From: Gnetum montanum
Taxonomy: Eukaryota > Plantae > Gnetophyta
Direction: 5' to 3'
DNA: 64,000 nt
NCBI GenBank assembly: GCA_015680685.1
Contig: MNCI01002773.1
Location: forward strand, 23,616 to 87,615
This document shows, one piece after another, positions 39,449 to 53,755 of this stretch (positions are counted from its first letter, which is position 1; each line of letters opens with the position of its first letter). Position numbers and translations under genes: made by a program. A model generated the notes under the pieces. The model made no database searches. It was not told the DNA's origin and worked only from the letters and a program-made list of their open reading frames with translations.

Positions 39449-42400
39449 TGTTGGCTTTTTAGAGTAGAAGATAATATTTTTTGTTTTAATTATGAAAAAT
39501 AAGTTTATTTTAACAAAATATAGAAAATTTTTTGGATTCATGAATAGTTGTAATATTATTTTAGCCCTAGTCTATATATATATATTAAATTTTTAAGATT
39601 TTTTTTGTCATTGGGACTATATCGTATTATTTTTACTAAACTTTGCCCCACCTATCACATATATATATCCAAGGCATCTCTTGAAAATTTGTACAATGGA
39701 ATCATCAATATAACTTTAGCAATAATTTTACTATTTCGTCATTAACTTATCAATCTTTCATTAATTCATCAGCATCATTCATCATTATTTGCTCAATCTT
39801 GGAAGTTGAAGAGTCAGAATTGGGGACATTCACTATTTAGATCATATCTCAGTTATTTCCCAACATTTTTTAGTGATTGTAGATTTAGCAAAAAGCTAGA
39901 AAGGTGGCTACATGTAGCTAAAATTTTAGTTTGATATCTATTGTAGTTTAGAAGAAAATAGCTCTATAATTTTGTAGATTTTCTTAATCCTGAATTTTTA
40001 CCAAACTAAATGATAGTCAATGATTAGATAATTTCTTCCTCATTCCACAACAATTTGATAGGATATTACTTATTTGAAAGCTAATATCTATGGAAAGGTT
40101 TAGTTAAAATTTTAGCATAAAAACGTAACAACTTTTGAATTATCATCTTTGAAATTTGCACTACCAAAATTCCTATGATTTTTGATAGATTGGAAAGAAC
40201 ATAATATAACCTTAGCTTCTAGATATCTTTTGTAATACTTCCTTTTTTCAAATTGTAGAGAACTTCCTAACCATTCCAAAAATATAAATTTTGTTAGCTA
40301 ATTCTTTGTAAAGTCAAGATAACCAACCAATCTTTTTACTGCTTAAAATTCCTTCACTTAGTATCAGAGTGCTAGGTTCACCTAAAAAAATGAGCATAAA
40401 AGACATAGCTAGATGTTCCATCATCTTTGATGGCTCTCAAGATTTCAGCCTATGGACAAGAATGATGAAAAACCTCCTTGAACATAATGATTGTTAAAAA
40501 AATAGTTGAAACAGGTTTTGAATTCATCCATGATTTTAAAAATTTCACTAGATTACAAATCAAAAAAATATGAAACAAAGAAGAAGAAGAAGAATTTGAC
40601 TCTTATGATGCTATTGTCTAATGTCATAAGTTATTTCTTCCAAATGCAGTCTTTATACTATTGCCAAAGAGGTGTGGGATAATCTACAATTTGAATACAA
40701 GGAAAGCTTGAAAAATCAATAATTGAAGCAATTAATCTACAAACAAAAATTTGATACCCTAAAAATTGGAAGAAATGAAAGTGTCGAAGTCTTCTTTATT
40801 AGAATGTATGGTAGCTTACAAAAAATATATGAATATGGTTTTGGATATACTAATAGGAAAAAATTTCATAAAATTTTTTAAGCTCTTTACATAGATCCAA
40901 GATTTGAAAACATGATGGAAAGCATTATTCTTTCAAAGGACTTCAACATGATTAGTATTAATGAATTAGTTACTCAAGTCAAAACCCTACAAATAATGAA
41001 GAATAATAAACAATCAAGTCAAGATGATCAAGCCCACATAAATAATCATAGAGGAAGAGGTAGGTAAGAAAGATTTAGAAGAAGAGAAAGATTCAATTAT
41101 CAGAATAAAAAATAAGAAAAAAACTTAGAAGAAAATGGTGGTCAAAATATAAGAGGAAGAGGAAGAGGTTTAGCTAGAGAAAGAGGCAAATGAAATCATT
41201 CTGGAAGATAAAGATAAGATCAAGACTTAGTACCATATTGCAACTTATGCAAAAGAAAAGGTCATACCATCAACCAATGCTAGACCAAAATCAATTTTAA
41301 AATAATACATGGATAAACTTCACAACCAAAAAAATATACTCCCTCATTATCACAAAAGGATACTTAAGAAGAAGAGCTAAGTAATTATGTAGCCTTCAAT
41401 TCATTTAAAGAAATAAGGCAAGATTCTTGAATTGTAGATGGTGATTGTTGCAATCACATGACACCCTCTAAAAATTATCTTTTAAATTACAAAACAAACA
41501 ACAATCTTGACAACATGAAAATTAGAGATTAAAAATACTTAGTTATAAAAGGAATAGAATATTGTGTAGTGAAGTTAAATAATGGGAAAAAGTCACAATT
41601 TTCAATGTGTATTATGTTCCTAATCTTTTCAACCTTGTCATCTCTATTGGACAAGTCTCTAATGGAGAAAATATTTTCAATTTCAAGAGCAATTTCTACA
41701 TGATCAACAAACCCAATGATGAAGAAAGTGTGAAAATCAAAACCTTGAATAATAGAATATATTTACTTAAATGAAATTATCTCAATGAAAAAGGAAACAT
41801 CATAAGCAACCATACTACTCAATAAAAGCATGTCCTCACAACAAAAGCCAATCAAATTTCAAACAAAAATGAATTCAAGAAAAAGGATAATGAGAATTTA
41901 AGCAACTCTAGACTTTGGCATGAAAGGCTTGGTCATAGCTTCCATCACAAAATTGAAAGGATGAACTAACAAGAAAAAGCTACAAACATAAAAATTTTAG
42001 ATATTTCTTAAGAAAAATGTAAGACTTGCATACAAGAAAAGCAAACCAATTTTTCTCATAACTCTTACATGATAAAGAAGGAAAACCATTTGATCTATTC
42101 TACACATGGATCTTGTTGGGCCAATGCCCACTATTTCAATAGAAGGAACAAATTATTTCATAGTCATAGTAGATGACTACTTAAGATATACTTGGACTTA
42201 TAATTTAAAGTAAAAGGATGAAGCCATCAAATACATTGAAACTTTTTACAAACTTATTGAAAACTCTATTAATGTCAAGTTTAAGGCCATCAGATCAAAC
42301 AAAGGAGGTGAATTCATAAATAAAGAATTTGATAAGTTTTATAAAGAAAATGGCATTTTTCATTAAACAAAATGTTAATATAGCCTGCAATCAAATAGAG

Positions 42401-45368
42401 TAGTTGAATAAAAGAATAGAACCATACAAGAAATGGTAAGATGCTTACTAAAGTATGCATCACTGCCTAACCAATATTGGTGTATGATCATCATAGTTTC
42501 TTGTTACATTTCTAATTGAATCATCACCAAAAGTAATGAAGATAGATCTTCATATAAAGTTTTATATAATATAATTCCTAACTTGAGTTATATGAGAATA
42601 TTTGGATATCATTACTGTATAAAGACCCCAAAACAATTCACTGACAAACTTGAAGATAGAGGAAAGAAATCCATCATTTTTTGTTATGATTTCCATACTA
42701 GTGAATACATGTGCTATAATCCAATGAATTAAAAATGGCATATTTCAAGAGATGTTATATTTGATGAGACAAAGTATCGTACAAGTGATTTTTTCGAATA
42801 GCAAAAAATAAAAAATAAAATCATACACATATCAAAGTGTAAAACCTTGGGTTCAAAGAGACCATCCTTGCACTTAAATACTAGATACAAATTTTGAAAG
42901 AACTACAAGATATCAAAATATTATAAATGCTGCGTATTCACCAGTCTCAAGTGAACCAACCAATGTCAATGAAGCCATGAAATTAAAAGTTTGAAAAGAA
43001 GCCATGGACAAAGAGTACAATGTCATTCTAAGAAATAACACATGGAAATTAGTGGATACACCAAAAGATAAAAAGGTTATGGATTGTAAGTAACTGTATA
43101 AAATGAAGCACAATGAGAAAGGAGAAGTCACAACACATAATGCAAGACTTGTGGCAAGAGAATTTAAGTAAAAGAAACACATTAACTATAAAGAAATATT
43201 TACACTGGTGGCTAGATTTGAAACCATCAAGTTCATTCTCTCCAAAACAACACATAAAGATCTAAAGGTTTAAGAAATGGATGTCAAATCAACATTTCTA
43301 AATGGATACATCAAAGAAGAAATATACACCTATCAGCACAAAGGTTTTGTTATCAAAAGAAAAGAAAACAATGTGTGCAAACTTAATAAGGCTTTACATG
43401 GCCTAAAGCAAACACCCAGGGCTTGGTTCTAGAGAATTAATGACTATTCCATTGGAAATAATTATCAAAATTACATGTTTAAACGTACACTATATTTCAA
43501 GAAGGAATATGAATTCATCATCATATCAGTATATGTAGATGACATTTTCTTTATTGCCATCAATAAAAGGCTAGCAAAAGATTTCAAGAACGATATGAGA
43601 ACTAAATTTAAAATGAATGATCTTGGAGAACTTAAATACTTCCTATGAATTGAAGTAAACTAGGATAAGGAGGAAGTGAATATTCATCAAAACAAATATG
43701 CAATTTTCATTATTGAAAAATTCAATCTAGATAATGATTAGCCAGTTAACAATCCTTTTCCATAGAGTTTAAAGTTAACTAGCAAATATATGACTCCTCT
43801 CATAGATGCAACCATGTACATAATCATGATTAGATCTCTTTGATTTCTCTACCATATCAAACTAGATTTAGAATATGCAACATCATACTTATCTAGATTA
43901 ATGCAAGAGCTAAGACAATCTCAAATGCAAGCACTTGTGCATCTCCATAGGTATGCAAAAGAAACTTGAAACATTGGGATATAATTTAATAAATAAATTA
44001 ATAAGCTTCATGCATATTTACATACTAATTGGGTAGCAGACAATGATGATAGAAAATTCACATCAAGAGCTCTTGTTATGCATGGAAAAAATATACTATA
44101 CTAGAAATCAAAGAAGCAATCATCCATCAACTTATCCACTTATGAAGTGAAATTTATAGTCATAACAAATGACTTTAACACATACTCTAGCTAAATAAAC
44201 TTCTCTCACACTTACGATTCAAAGTTGATCTTCCCATAAATTTATACTATGACAATAGAATAGCAATTCAATTATCCCAAGACTATGTGCATCACAAAAA
44301 ATTCAAACACATTGACATCAAGTACTATTTCATCAAGTAAGAAGTGAGAGAAGGAACTATCAAACCCATGCACATTAGTTCAAAAGAGTAACTTTTTGAC
44401 TTATTAATAAAAAATATTTTGTCTCATAAGATCAAGTATCTTAATGAATCTATAGAAATTTAGAGCATGATAAAGATGAAGAATAAAGATTGCCTTCACT
44501 CTGAGCGATTGTTGGCCTTTTAGAGTAGAAGATAATAAATTTTTTTTATTATATAATGGGATTTTATTTTGATAAAATATAGGAAATTTCCACACTAATG
44601 GACATTTGTAATGTTAGTTTGACACCAATCCACACACACACACACATTGTCATTAGGGCTATATTGTATTCTTTTTAGTAAACTTTACCCCACTTGTCAC
44701 ATATATATATCCAAGGCATCTCTTGAAAATTTATAGAATGGAATCATCAATATAATTTCAATAAGAATTGGACTATTTCATCAACATCATTCATCATCAT
44801 TTACTTAATCTTGGAAGTTGAACAATCAGAATTAAGAAAATTCTCTATTTAGATCATATCTTATTCATTTCTCAACAATTTTTAGTGATTCTAGATTTAT
44901 TAAAACTCTAGAACATGTAGCTACATGTAGCTAAAATCTCAGTTTAGTATATACTGCACTTTAGGAGAAATTAGCTCTATAATTTGATAGATTTTTTAAA
45001 TCCTGAATTTTTACCAGAATGAATGACAATCAATGATTAGATCATTTCTCCATCATCACACAACAATTTGATGTGATATTATATTTATTTAAAAGATAAT
45101 ATCTTTGGGAAGGTTCCTTTAAATTTTAGCATCAAAAACTTAATAAATTTTAAGCTATCATCTCTCAAAGTTGCACTACAAGAATTGTTGTGATTTTTAA
45201 TAGATTGGAAATAATATCATACAACATTAGCTCCTAGAATCTTTTGTATTACTTCCTTTTTCAAAATTATATAGAAGTTTCTAAGATTTCTAAAAATAAA
45301 TTTTAGCATATGATTCTTTGTGAAGTTAAGATAACCAAGTAATTCTTTCACTACTTGAAAATCCTTTA
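39449..45368 (+). mobile_element. Full-length degenerate Ty1/Copia element with two LTRs (~39449-40356 and ~44510-45368)
   Basis: Alignable direct repeats starting TGTTGGC and ending CCTTCA/CCTTTA; PBS-like TAGTATCAGAGT at 40359; IVDGDCCNHMT, LWHERLGH, MDVKSTFLNG, YVDDI, KHIDIKYYFI; many stops; TSD unclear. Confidence 0.93.
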
Positions 45369-48300
45369 GCAATCCTCTTGGTTTCTCATTGAAACTTTTG
45401 TTTTGCTAATAAACCAAACAAATTCACATAAAATTAGCCACATTGATCCTCAAATTAGGCTAATAGAACTGTCATTCCACCAATGCCACTATATATTTAT
45501 AATACAAATGATTAACCCAAAGGATGATGTAGCATTCAATGATGATTTAAGAATGCAACGCACCCCAATTAAAAACATAGATCCAAATCTACTTAAATAT
45601 GAGTAGATCATCCACTATGTTGAAATTCAAGTCATCTCCATCCTAGAATAGCTTTAATAATTCCTAAGTTCACTAATCATGTTGCAACCCCTTGATCTTT
45701 TGTCAAAATTCATGATTAACCATTACCTAAGAGCCATTAGGTTACCCCATGACTTCCATAATATATATTGAAGATATCTACTTAAAGCATATGTGAGCAT
45801 ATTCTCCCTATCTAGTTGATAGACAAGCTAAAGATCCAACTCTTATAACATGTCCAACCAACAAGCTTGGTTCAAAATTAACTTGAATTGGTTAAGGACA
45901 TAACTCATTCTAGTGTTATTAATTTTGAATATCATGAGACCACTAAGAAGATAGCATCACCATGTGTAAAAAAAATGCACAATGATAAATGTCTACTTTT
46001 CATGTATCAACTACAATTTCTTAGTTTGATTCAACTCCTTTACCTTAAATTCCATGGGATGGTTGTCTTGCAAAACCACCCCATCAATCACCTCATTTGA
46101 AGCATTTGTATAAACTTTGAATGTTTTTGAGAAGTTTAGAAGAACCAACATAGAATGAGATGTGAGGGTCATCTTGAGCTTATCAAATACTTATTGATGT
46201 TGGTGGCTCCAATTTCAAGGAACATCCTTCTTGCACAAGTTAGTTAAGGTTATTGTCACTTCCAAGAACCCTCGAATAAACTACCTATAATAACTTGCCA
46301 ATCCAAGAATTAGTGCAAGTGATGTACATCTTTTAGAATAGGCCAAGTGACAACGATCTCTACTTTCTTTTAATTTAGCTTTACCTTGCCTCCACTAATA
46401 ATGTGACCTAGAAACTTCAACTCTAGCTTACAAAATTTATACTTCTCCTGCTTGACATATAGTTTGTGTTCCTATATTTTTGAGAATACTAAATCTGGAT
46501 GCTAAAGATACCCATATATCAAATGAGAGTATACCAAAATATGATTAAGATATACCACAACAAACTTATCAATGAACAGATGGAACACCTCATTCATGAG
46601 CATGTAAGATATAGCAAGAATATTAAATAACCCAAAATGCATGATTGTCCACTTGTATAAATCATAATGAGTGATGCATGATATCTTCTCTTCATCACCC
46701 TCTATGATCTACACCAAATAGTAACCTTGGCAAGCTCAAGTCAAGAGAAAATTCAAGCCATTGCTAGGTGGTTGAAAGGGTATGAAACTAATGGTACCAA
46801 ATACCTATTCTTGATGATGTACTTATTAACCAACTTGAAGTCTTAATATAATCCTAATGAACCATCTTCTTTCTTGGAAAATAAATTGAATATCGTAAGG
46901 ATATTTTGATGATCGAATTTAACCTTTCTTTACCAAGCTTTCTAACTACTTTCTCAACTATAGCAATTCAAAATTAGTCATTCTATAAGGTTGTTGTCTG
47001 GAAGGAGTAGTCCTTAACAACATCTCAATTCTACGATCAACAACTTATTAATCTAGAAATTCTCTAGGAAATTATACTAGCCTTTAATCCTTATGCCTCC
47101 CCAACACATTTTCCACTTGCACATTCACCTGTATAGAGCTCTTGTCTTTCGTCTCCCTTAACACCATAAGAAACATTTGTTGGGTTAAATTCCTAATAAC
47201 TTGCTTCAATACCATAGGCAAAATAATTTGGGCTTCTTGGTTACTACTAGGTACTCCTAGTATAGAGATCTTCATCATGCAAGGCAAATCCTCATGTGCA
47301 ATATAGAGGGCATACAAGTATAAGGAAACTAGCACCTTTACTTTGTTAAATAATTCCTATCCAAGAATTACTAGAAAAGAATCAATGTCTAGGATAGAGA
47401 AGTCCAATGTTCCACTCCACCATTTGACCTTTATAGCTATTTCCTTCATAACTCTAGTGCATCTAATCAAATGAAACTTAGCTAACTTATAGGATACCAA
47501 AGCTAGATGTACTTATAGAATAAGAGTACAAGCCATCTCTAGTGAGAGAAATTTGTGGTTGGCACCTATGTTAACCAAAGCATCAACAATCGTTTTTTTA
47601 GAAACTGTACCAAATGCAAGTTGGATTCTTACTTTAGTTATTCTCCTTGAAAATTTTGTTGAATTGCTACTAGGCTTCAGGAGATTTGCTCAATCACACC
47701 AAGAGACTTGATCTCTTACCCACTATTGTTTACCTCAATCACCCACAATTGAGCTTATGCTTAGTAGTTGAGAGCATTCAATTGTCAATCACCATTTGGG
47801 CCCCTTCTAATTAGTCATTAATTAAGATTCTAAGGGCAGTTTCAAGTAACATGATTCCTAGAAGAGATGAAACACCACATGTTTGAACACCTAGAAGGCT
47901 TATTCATAGGTACTCCAAAATGTGGATGATTATCCCCAAATGAATCATAATCTTTGGAAGCCCGTTGCTTCTCATTACCCTAGTAAGAAGCCGAAAAGCC
48001 AAGGGTAATGATAGGACATGGATCCCAAAAGCTACGTCTAAAATTTCTTCCATCCAACCCACCCAAACTACCACCAAATAATTTATCATATTGAGGTTCA
48101 TCAACTTCATTATTTTCTTACTTCTAAGGCTTTAAATCAACTATTAGATTCGTTGTCAATTTTAGTGCTTTCTTACAATTAAAGATCTTATGGATTTTGA
48201 TCTCTTGCTAGGATCATGATTTTAGGTCATTAAAGAAGTAGGGAAACTTTGACACCTCATCCATTATAAGAATTTGTAAGATCACTTCTTAGTATTCACA

Positions 48301-49299
48301 GTGGTAGTTCTCAAACTTCCTTGTTTAGTAGAGTTCTTTTAGTTTTACCCAAGCTTTGCCAATGAAAGTACCCAGATAGTTCTCAATGAGAGAAGTTTTG
48401 AGATCATCCCATGTTTCCACTAATCTTTGAGATATCCCTAACTTCATTTCATGGATAATGCCAAGCCACCAAGTCTAAGAAACATCACCTAGGAATTGGA
48501 AGGTTATGCTAACCTTCATTTTCTCTAGATAGTCATTCATTTTCTCTAGATTTAGTGTACATCATATTAACAAAAAGAGAGTCTACAGAAAAAACCCAAT
48601 AGTTCTAAGAATCCCTTTAAAAGTTTTCATGCTTATTACCAATCTTGAAAAACCTCTCCTTTAGGATAGAAAAAGGATTATGTCTTACCCTAGTTTAGAA
48701 GCACCCTCATGAGTTTTTATTTCTTACTAAAGAGTTTCTTATAAAGAGAAGAAGAAAACTCTCTATAAAGATAAAAGAACGCATTAATGAAAAATAATAA
48801 TATGAAAATAAGAATAGAAGATGAAAGTTTTCCATTCTTAAGCTTACAAAACAAAAAGTAATTAATACTATGTAAAATAAACTAATTTCTTAGATTTCAC
48901 TAAAACACCACCAAGAAAGTTTATGTTGTGACCTTTTTGGCATTGTAACCTTCACAAATTACACTTGAGGCTAGAATTTTACTATAAAATGTAAAGATTG
49001 TAGTTAATGAGTTATAATCTTACATACTTGAACTTTTGGAGCCAAAAATTCCTCATAAGTTGTTCTAGCCTCACTTCCTAGGTGGAAAAAGTCATGTCAT
49101 GTCTATATTTGGCCTTGGGAAGGCTAAAAAATTCCTTGGAAATTGCCAAATTTGGCATTTTCATGGGTTTTATGTTGGTTATAGCCACAATTACGCTAGA
49201 ACCACTTTCACCTAGCATTGGATTAGTTGGATTATCATTTTCTCAGTAATGAATAGCATAGTTTCCATAACACTCAATGTGATTCCATAAAGCTAGCAT

Positions 49300-50290
49300 T
49301 GGAGTGGTTGGGGTTTTTATTGTTCAAGTAATTTCAGTGTGGATGCCACAAGGCTAGCATCACTCCCACAAGGCCAACGTTGCTCATACAAGGCCAATGT
49401 TGCTCCAACAATGCTAGTGTATTTTGGTAAAGCTAGCACATTTGCAAAAGTCCATTTCCTATTTATGGTCTCCAATGTAGTCTTGATGTCCTGGGTGCAT
49501 CAAAAGTTACCAAAAATAAACAACTACGTTGGAAATGATATCCTGCCACACCTACAAATTACCTCAATTTGTCAACAATCATGGCAAAAATTTTTAGTGA
49601 CATATCAACAACCATGTGACCTATAAAAGCCAAATTTGAACACATTGAATAGGTTCCATGAAAAATTCTTTGATCAACAAAAATTTTCTTGGTTACACCT
49701 TTTGCAATCTTAAGCACTTAAAACCTTTAGCATTTTGTGAAACTTTTAGAGCAAATTGGCAACTACCTAGGCATTGGAGACTCTCAACATAGTACCATTG
49801 CAACAAAAAGTCAAACACCTCATTACACCCTTGGTAACCAATGTTGTAGATCCAAGCTAAGAATGAGCAAAGAGTTTTTCCAATCAAAGTAGGGAAGTAC
49901 CTAGATCGTGGGGCTGATTGCATAACACAACTTGTTAGCTTCAATAGGCTTCAAGCTTCATTTGTGCAACTTCCTATGAAATTGGGCACATAATTTGTAT
50001 ACTTTTGAACTTTATACTTTGGATATTTTATTATTTCAATAAATTTTATAATTTATTTATTGTGCAAGTTTATTTCAAGGATAATTTCTATGCATTTTCT
50101 TAGGTCAAATCTACATTATCATTTAAATTATTTACCCCTATTGATACTTCCTAAGTCCCTGGTGATTGACAAGACCATCCAAGGTGCCCTGGATCCTCTT
50201 TCTTGGAGGCCCTTCGGATCCAAGGTTAAAATGTTTTCCCTAGAATTTTTGGTTTTCCAATGATCAAATTTTTTTTGCATCATAGTTTTC
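49300..50290 (-). mobile_element. Second copy of the internal region of the SIRE-like family seen at 8780-9300
   Basis: Collinear shared blocks, e.g. GCTTCAATAGGCTTCAAGCTTCAT near 8956 and 49938, and TGGATCCTCT near 9210 and 50190. Confidence 0.7.
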
Positions 50291-52251
50291 TGGTGCTAGA
50301 ATGAGGGTCTCTGCCCAAGTTCTTTGCCAAATCTAATTTTCCCTTCAAAACCAATTTTTTGCAACTTTTAAAAATTAGAATCCATACCAAACTTTTTCTA
50401 AGAAAAACCAATGTTTCTACCCATTTTTTTGCAACCAACACCCACCATATTAGTTGCAAGTAATTTGGATGTTCATAGAATTTTCACGGTAGTTGCTGGA
50501 TTTTCCAAAGTCAGTTTGGTTACCAATAAAACCTACCAACTTTCCTTGTTAAAACCTACCTTTGGTTATTTCAAAGGCTAGCATAGCTCTACTCCAATTA
50601 CCCAACCCCCCTAGTATGAATTTTTATGAATAGAGCTAGCATGATTCCATCCAAAACTCCAAGGTTGCTCTTAAAAAATTAACATTTTACACAAACCCTT
50701 TCAAAACTAGCTCACTTTTCTAGGAGGAGGTATTCCCAGCATAGTTTTTTTGGGAAAGGTAATTGATTTCTTACCCACACACACACCCCCACCCGCCTTT
50801 TCTAATGTACCTCTTGCTCGCAAAGGCAACATGGTTGGTTTTTGTTGGCGACCGTTTGGGACGCGACCGCCAACGAGTGTCCTCGAACAGGATTTAGGTG
50901 CCGGTTGGTCTCTGGCAACACCAAGGCCCAAATACCTCCAAATGAACTCAGTAGTTAATGTGAGTATGTGTGTGTGCTGTTGCGGCGTGCGGTTGTGAGA
51001 AATGTAACGATTGCGTTGTATGTGAACTACAAATGACTTACTTTAAAGAGATTCAGCCAACTTTGCCAAGTACTGTGAGTTGTTGAAAATTTCCTATTTT
51101 GTTCAACTGCCTAGTCTACGCGGTCCTTATAATACCTACTTGTAACAAATAAAATTTTGCAAAAACATTTGAGCACAACTCCGCAATCTACTCCTAATTT
51201 TCCCCAGAGAAAGAGATAGTTCCACAAGAAAACTAGAAATAGAGCAAGATTCGATGGAAATAAGCAGAAAAGAAAAGAAAGCAGATTTGTGTAGACCTCA
51301 AATATTTAAACAAGGTAAAATGACACGAGTAAACACTTCGCAATAAAGCTATCCCAAATTCAATATCTACGAATTGTTCAAACTTCCAAGGCTCAAACAA
51401 GCAATATCTTCAAGACAATCCTATTATGCTACCAAAAATTGCTGCGTAAACTACCACGTACGAGACTCCATTTTGACTAGATAATAGATGTCAACGATTG
51501 CATTCAAACAGAACCTTTAAAAGACTTGACAATTTCTGATTGAAATACCACGAGAATTCACTTTAAAGATAAAAAGAAGCTATTCTGGTCCCATCAAAAT
51601 ACCAAAGATTTTCTGAACCCTCTCGACTACTGAATTGTTCAACGGCGTGACTACAAACAGAGGCTCTCTTACAACAATCCCAATAGCAGTTCCCACACGT
51701 TGCACAATAATGAAATTTACTACTAAAATGCTCTTAAGGCTTTTAAACACAAGCGCTTCTATGGCAAAATTTTAATAGAAATTTCTATCGGGCAACAAGA
51801 ACAGTAAGAGCAATCTAAAAATCCCAAAATTACTTGCCAAGGATGATACTATCTAAACCACTAGCTAAACAATTTAAACAAAACAAAAAATGAAATGCAT
51901 AACTCACAGGACCATGACAAAGAGGCTGAAATCTTTATTCTAGCAAGCCATCTTGCAAGCAATCTTCTTTACAAATCTTCCTTGATCCCAAGTGTGATGT
52001 GTGAGACCCAATGTTATCCTCCTCCTCCTTGACCCCTGAAGCCTTTTTATAGGATTCAAAGGTAGGTAGGGAAGTTACATATTCAAAAATATCTCACCTA
52101 ACTTCTCTCCCAAGTAACTTGGCCAACCAATTAGGAGATTACTTGCCCAACAAGTTAGGAGGTTACTTGCCCAACAAGTTAGGTAAGTTACAACAATTTT
52201 GGGTGGTTTCAACCACCAAAGAGATAAAAAAGCTACAGTTGACAAGTGTCC

Positions 52252-52587
52252 CATGTAGTTGCCAAGTGTCTTCATGTAGTTGCCAAGTGTCTTCATGCAG
52301 TTGCCAAGTGTCTTCATGCAGTTGCCAAGTGTCTTCATGCAGTTGCCAAGTGTCTTCATGCAGTTGCCAAGTGTCTTCATGCAGTTGCCAAGTGTCTTCA
52401 TGCAGTTGCCAAGTGTCTTCATGCAGTTGCCAAGTGTCTTCATGCAGTTGCCAAGTGTCTTCATGCAGTTGCCAAGTGTCTTCATGCAGTTGCCAAGTGT
52501 CTTCATGCAGTTGCCAAGTGTCTTCATGCAGTTGCCAAGTGTCTTCATTCATTTGCCAAGTGTCTTCATTTAGTTGCCAAGTGTTCA
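52252..52587. repeat. 21-bp minisatellite (CATGCAGTTGCCAAGTGTCTT) x16, 12 central units identical
   Basis: Read directly; degenerate CAGTTGACAAGTG copies on both sides; a TATA-like CCTATAAAAAGG on the minus strand near 52050 suggests an LTR U3 context. Confidence 0.95.
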
Positions 52588-53755
52588 CCATGGAGAGAAA
52601 CAAGTTGCAGTTGACACGTGTCCCATTTAGTTGACAAGTGGCCATTGTGGAGATAAAGAGGTTGTAGTTGACAAGTGGCCTTTGTGGTGGTTATAACCAC
52701 CATTTCAATTGACAAGTGTTCAATTCTCATAGGACTTTGAACAATTGTTGCATAAATTCCCTTTTTAAATCAATATTATATTTTATTGTTATTTATATCA
52801 TAGTAGTAGAGATAATAACCATGGATTTGATGCATGGGTTGATATATAAATATATGTATGCGTATACAACCGAATGCATAAGTGGAGTTGTACTCTCACA
52901 TTTTAATTTGTGGCACCTCGAATGTAATCCCAGTTATATCAAGGCCGATTCCATATTCATCTTCTCTGCACTTTATTACAGAAAAAGTAACTAGAGCTAC
53001 TCTATCATAAGCTAGAGAGATATCTACAATTGATACACCATTTTCTTTTGACTCTAGATAAACCCTCATGCCAACATTCCCAATTGCAATGTCATTATCC
53101 CTTGATTTTCAAAACATTCAATTCAGCAACATTTTCATTTCTATTCCAACTTCATGGTTAATTAACTGTTGCAGAATTCTTTACAAGAAAGAACATAATC
53201 CTCCTTGAACAGTTTCAGTTCATTAGGATTCTGTACCTCACCATTTGCAAATAAGTCCACCTGTTCCATGAAATGGTAAAAATGTGCCAACAGTTTTACC
53301 AACGTTAAAATTGTAACATTTTTCCAAGTGTAGTGCATGTCACTGCCACTATAACCTGCATTGCACCTGCAGTTGTAGTTTCAACCATTTTTTAGCCATA
53401 ACTATTTACACCTTGGGAAATTCCACTTGCTGAAATTTTTGTTTAATTAATTAAAAAATCAAATAAAAGTTAAATTACCAACAATGCCTTTCAGCTAGTC
53501 AACATTTTTATTCATTAACTTGACAAACATGGCCCATAACCAAGATGTTGTGAGGGTTTATGATCCAAAAGCCTAGATTTCACCATAATAAATGAAGAGC
53601 ACTATAACTTCATTTGTACCAAAATCCAAGTTTGCCTACTCATTCCACGTGGGGAAGTTGAATTTAAATGTGAATATGAGTTGATCCACCGTAACAAGAA
53701 AGAGTACATTCCTTTCCCATATGATAAATTACCCTTAAAAGACACCCATACTTAC

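Larger units (their letters stand above)
36881..48700 (-). mobile_element. Galadriel-like chromovirus (Ty3/Gypsy), highly degenerate, with two nested insertions
   Basis: RT GYYLV*IIEGDEEKISCITHYDLYKW near 46640-46730; integrase rejoins as PRGLLQYLEV across the Copia insertion; candidate 3' LTR 37297-36881 with TGTGGA...TCCACA termini next to a purine-rich tract; no 5' LTR found. Confidence 0.7.

Noticed and set aside
52075-52645. Cys-rich, metallothionein-like and other repetitive ORFs in several frames
   Set aside because: Artefact of a stop-free 21-bp minisatellite, open on both strands.
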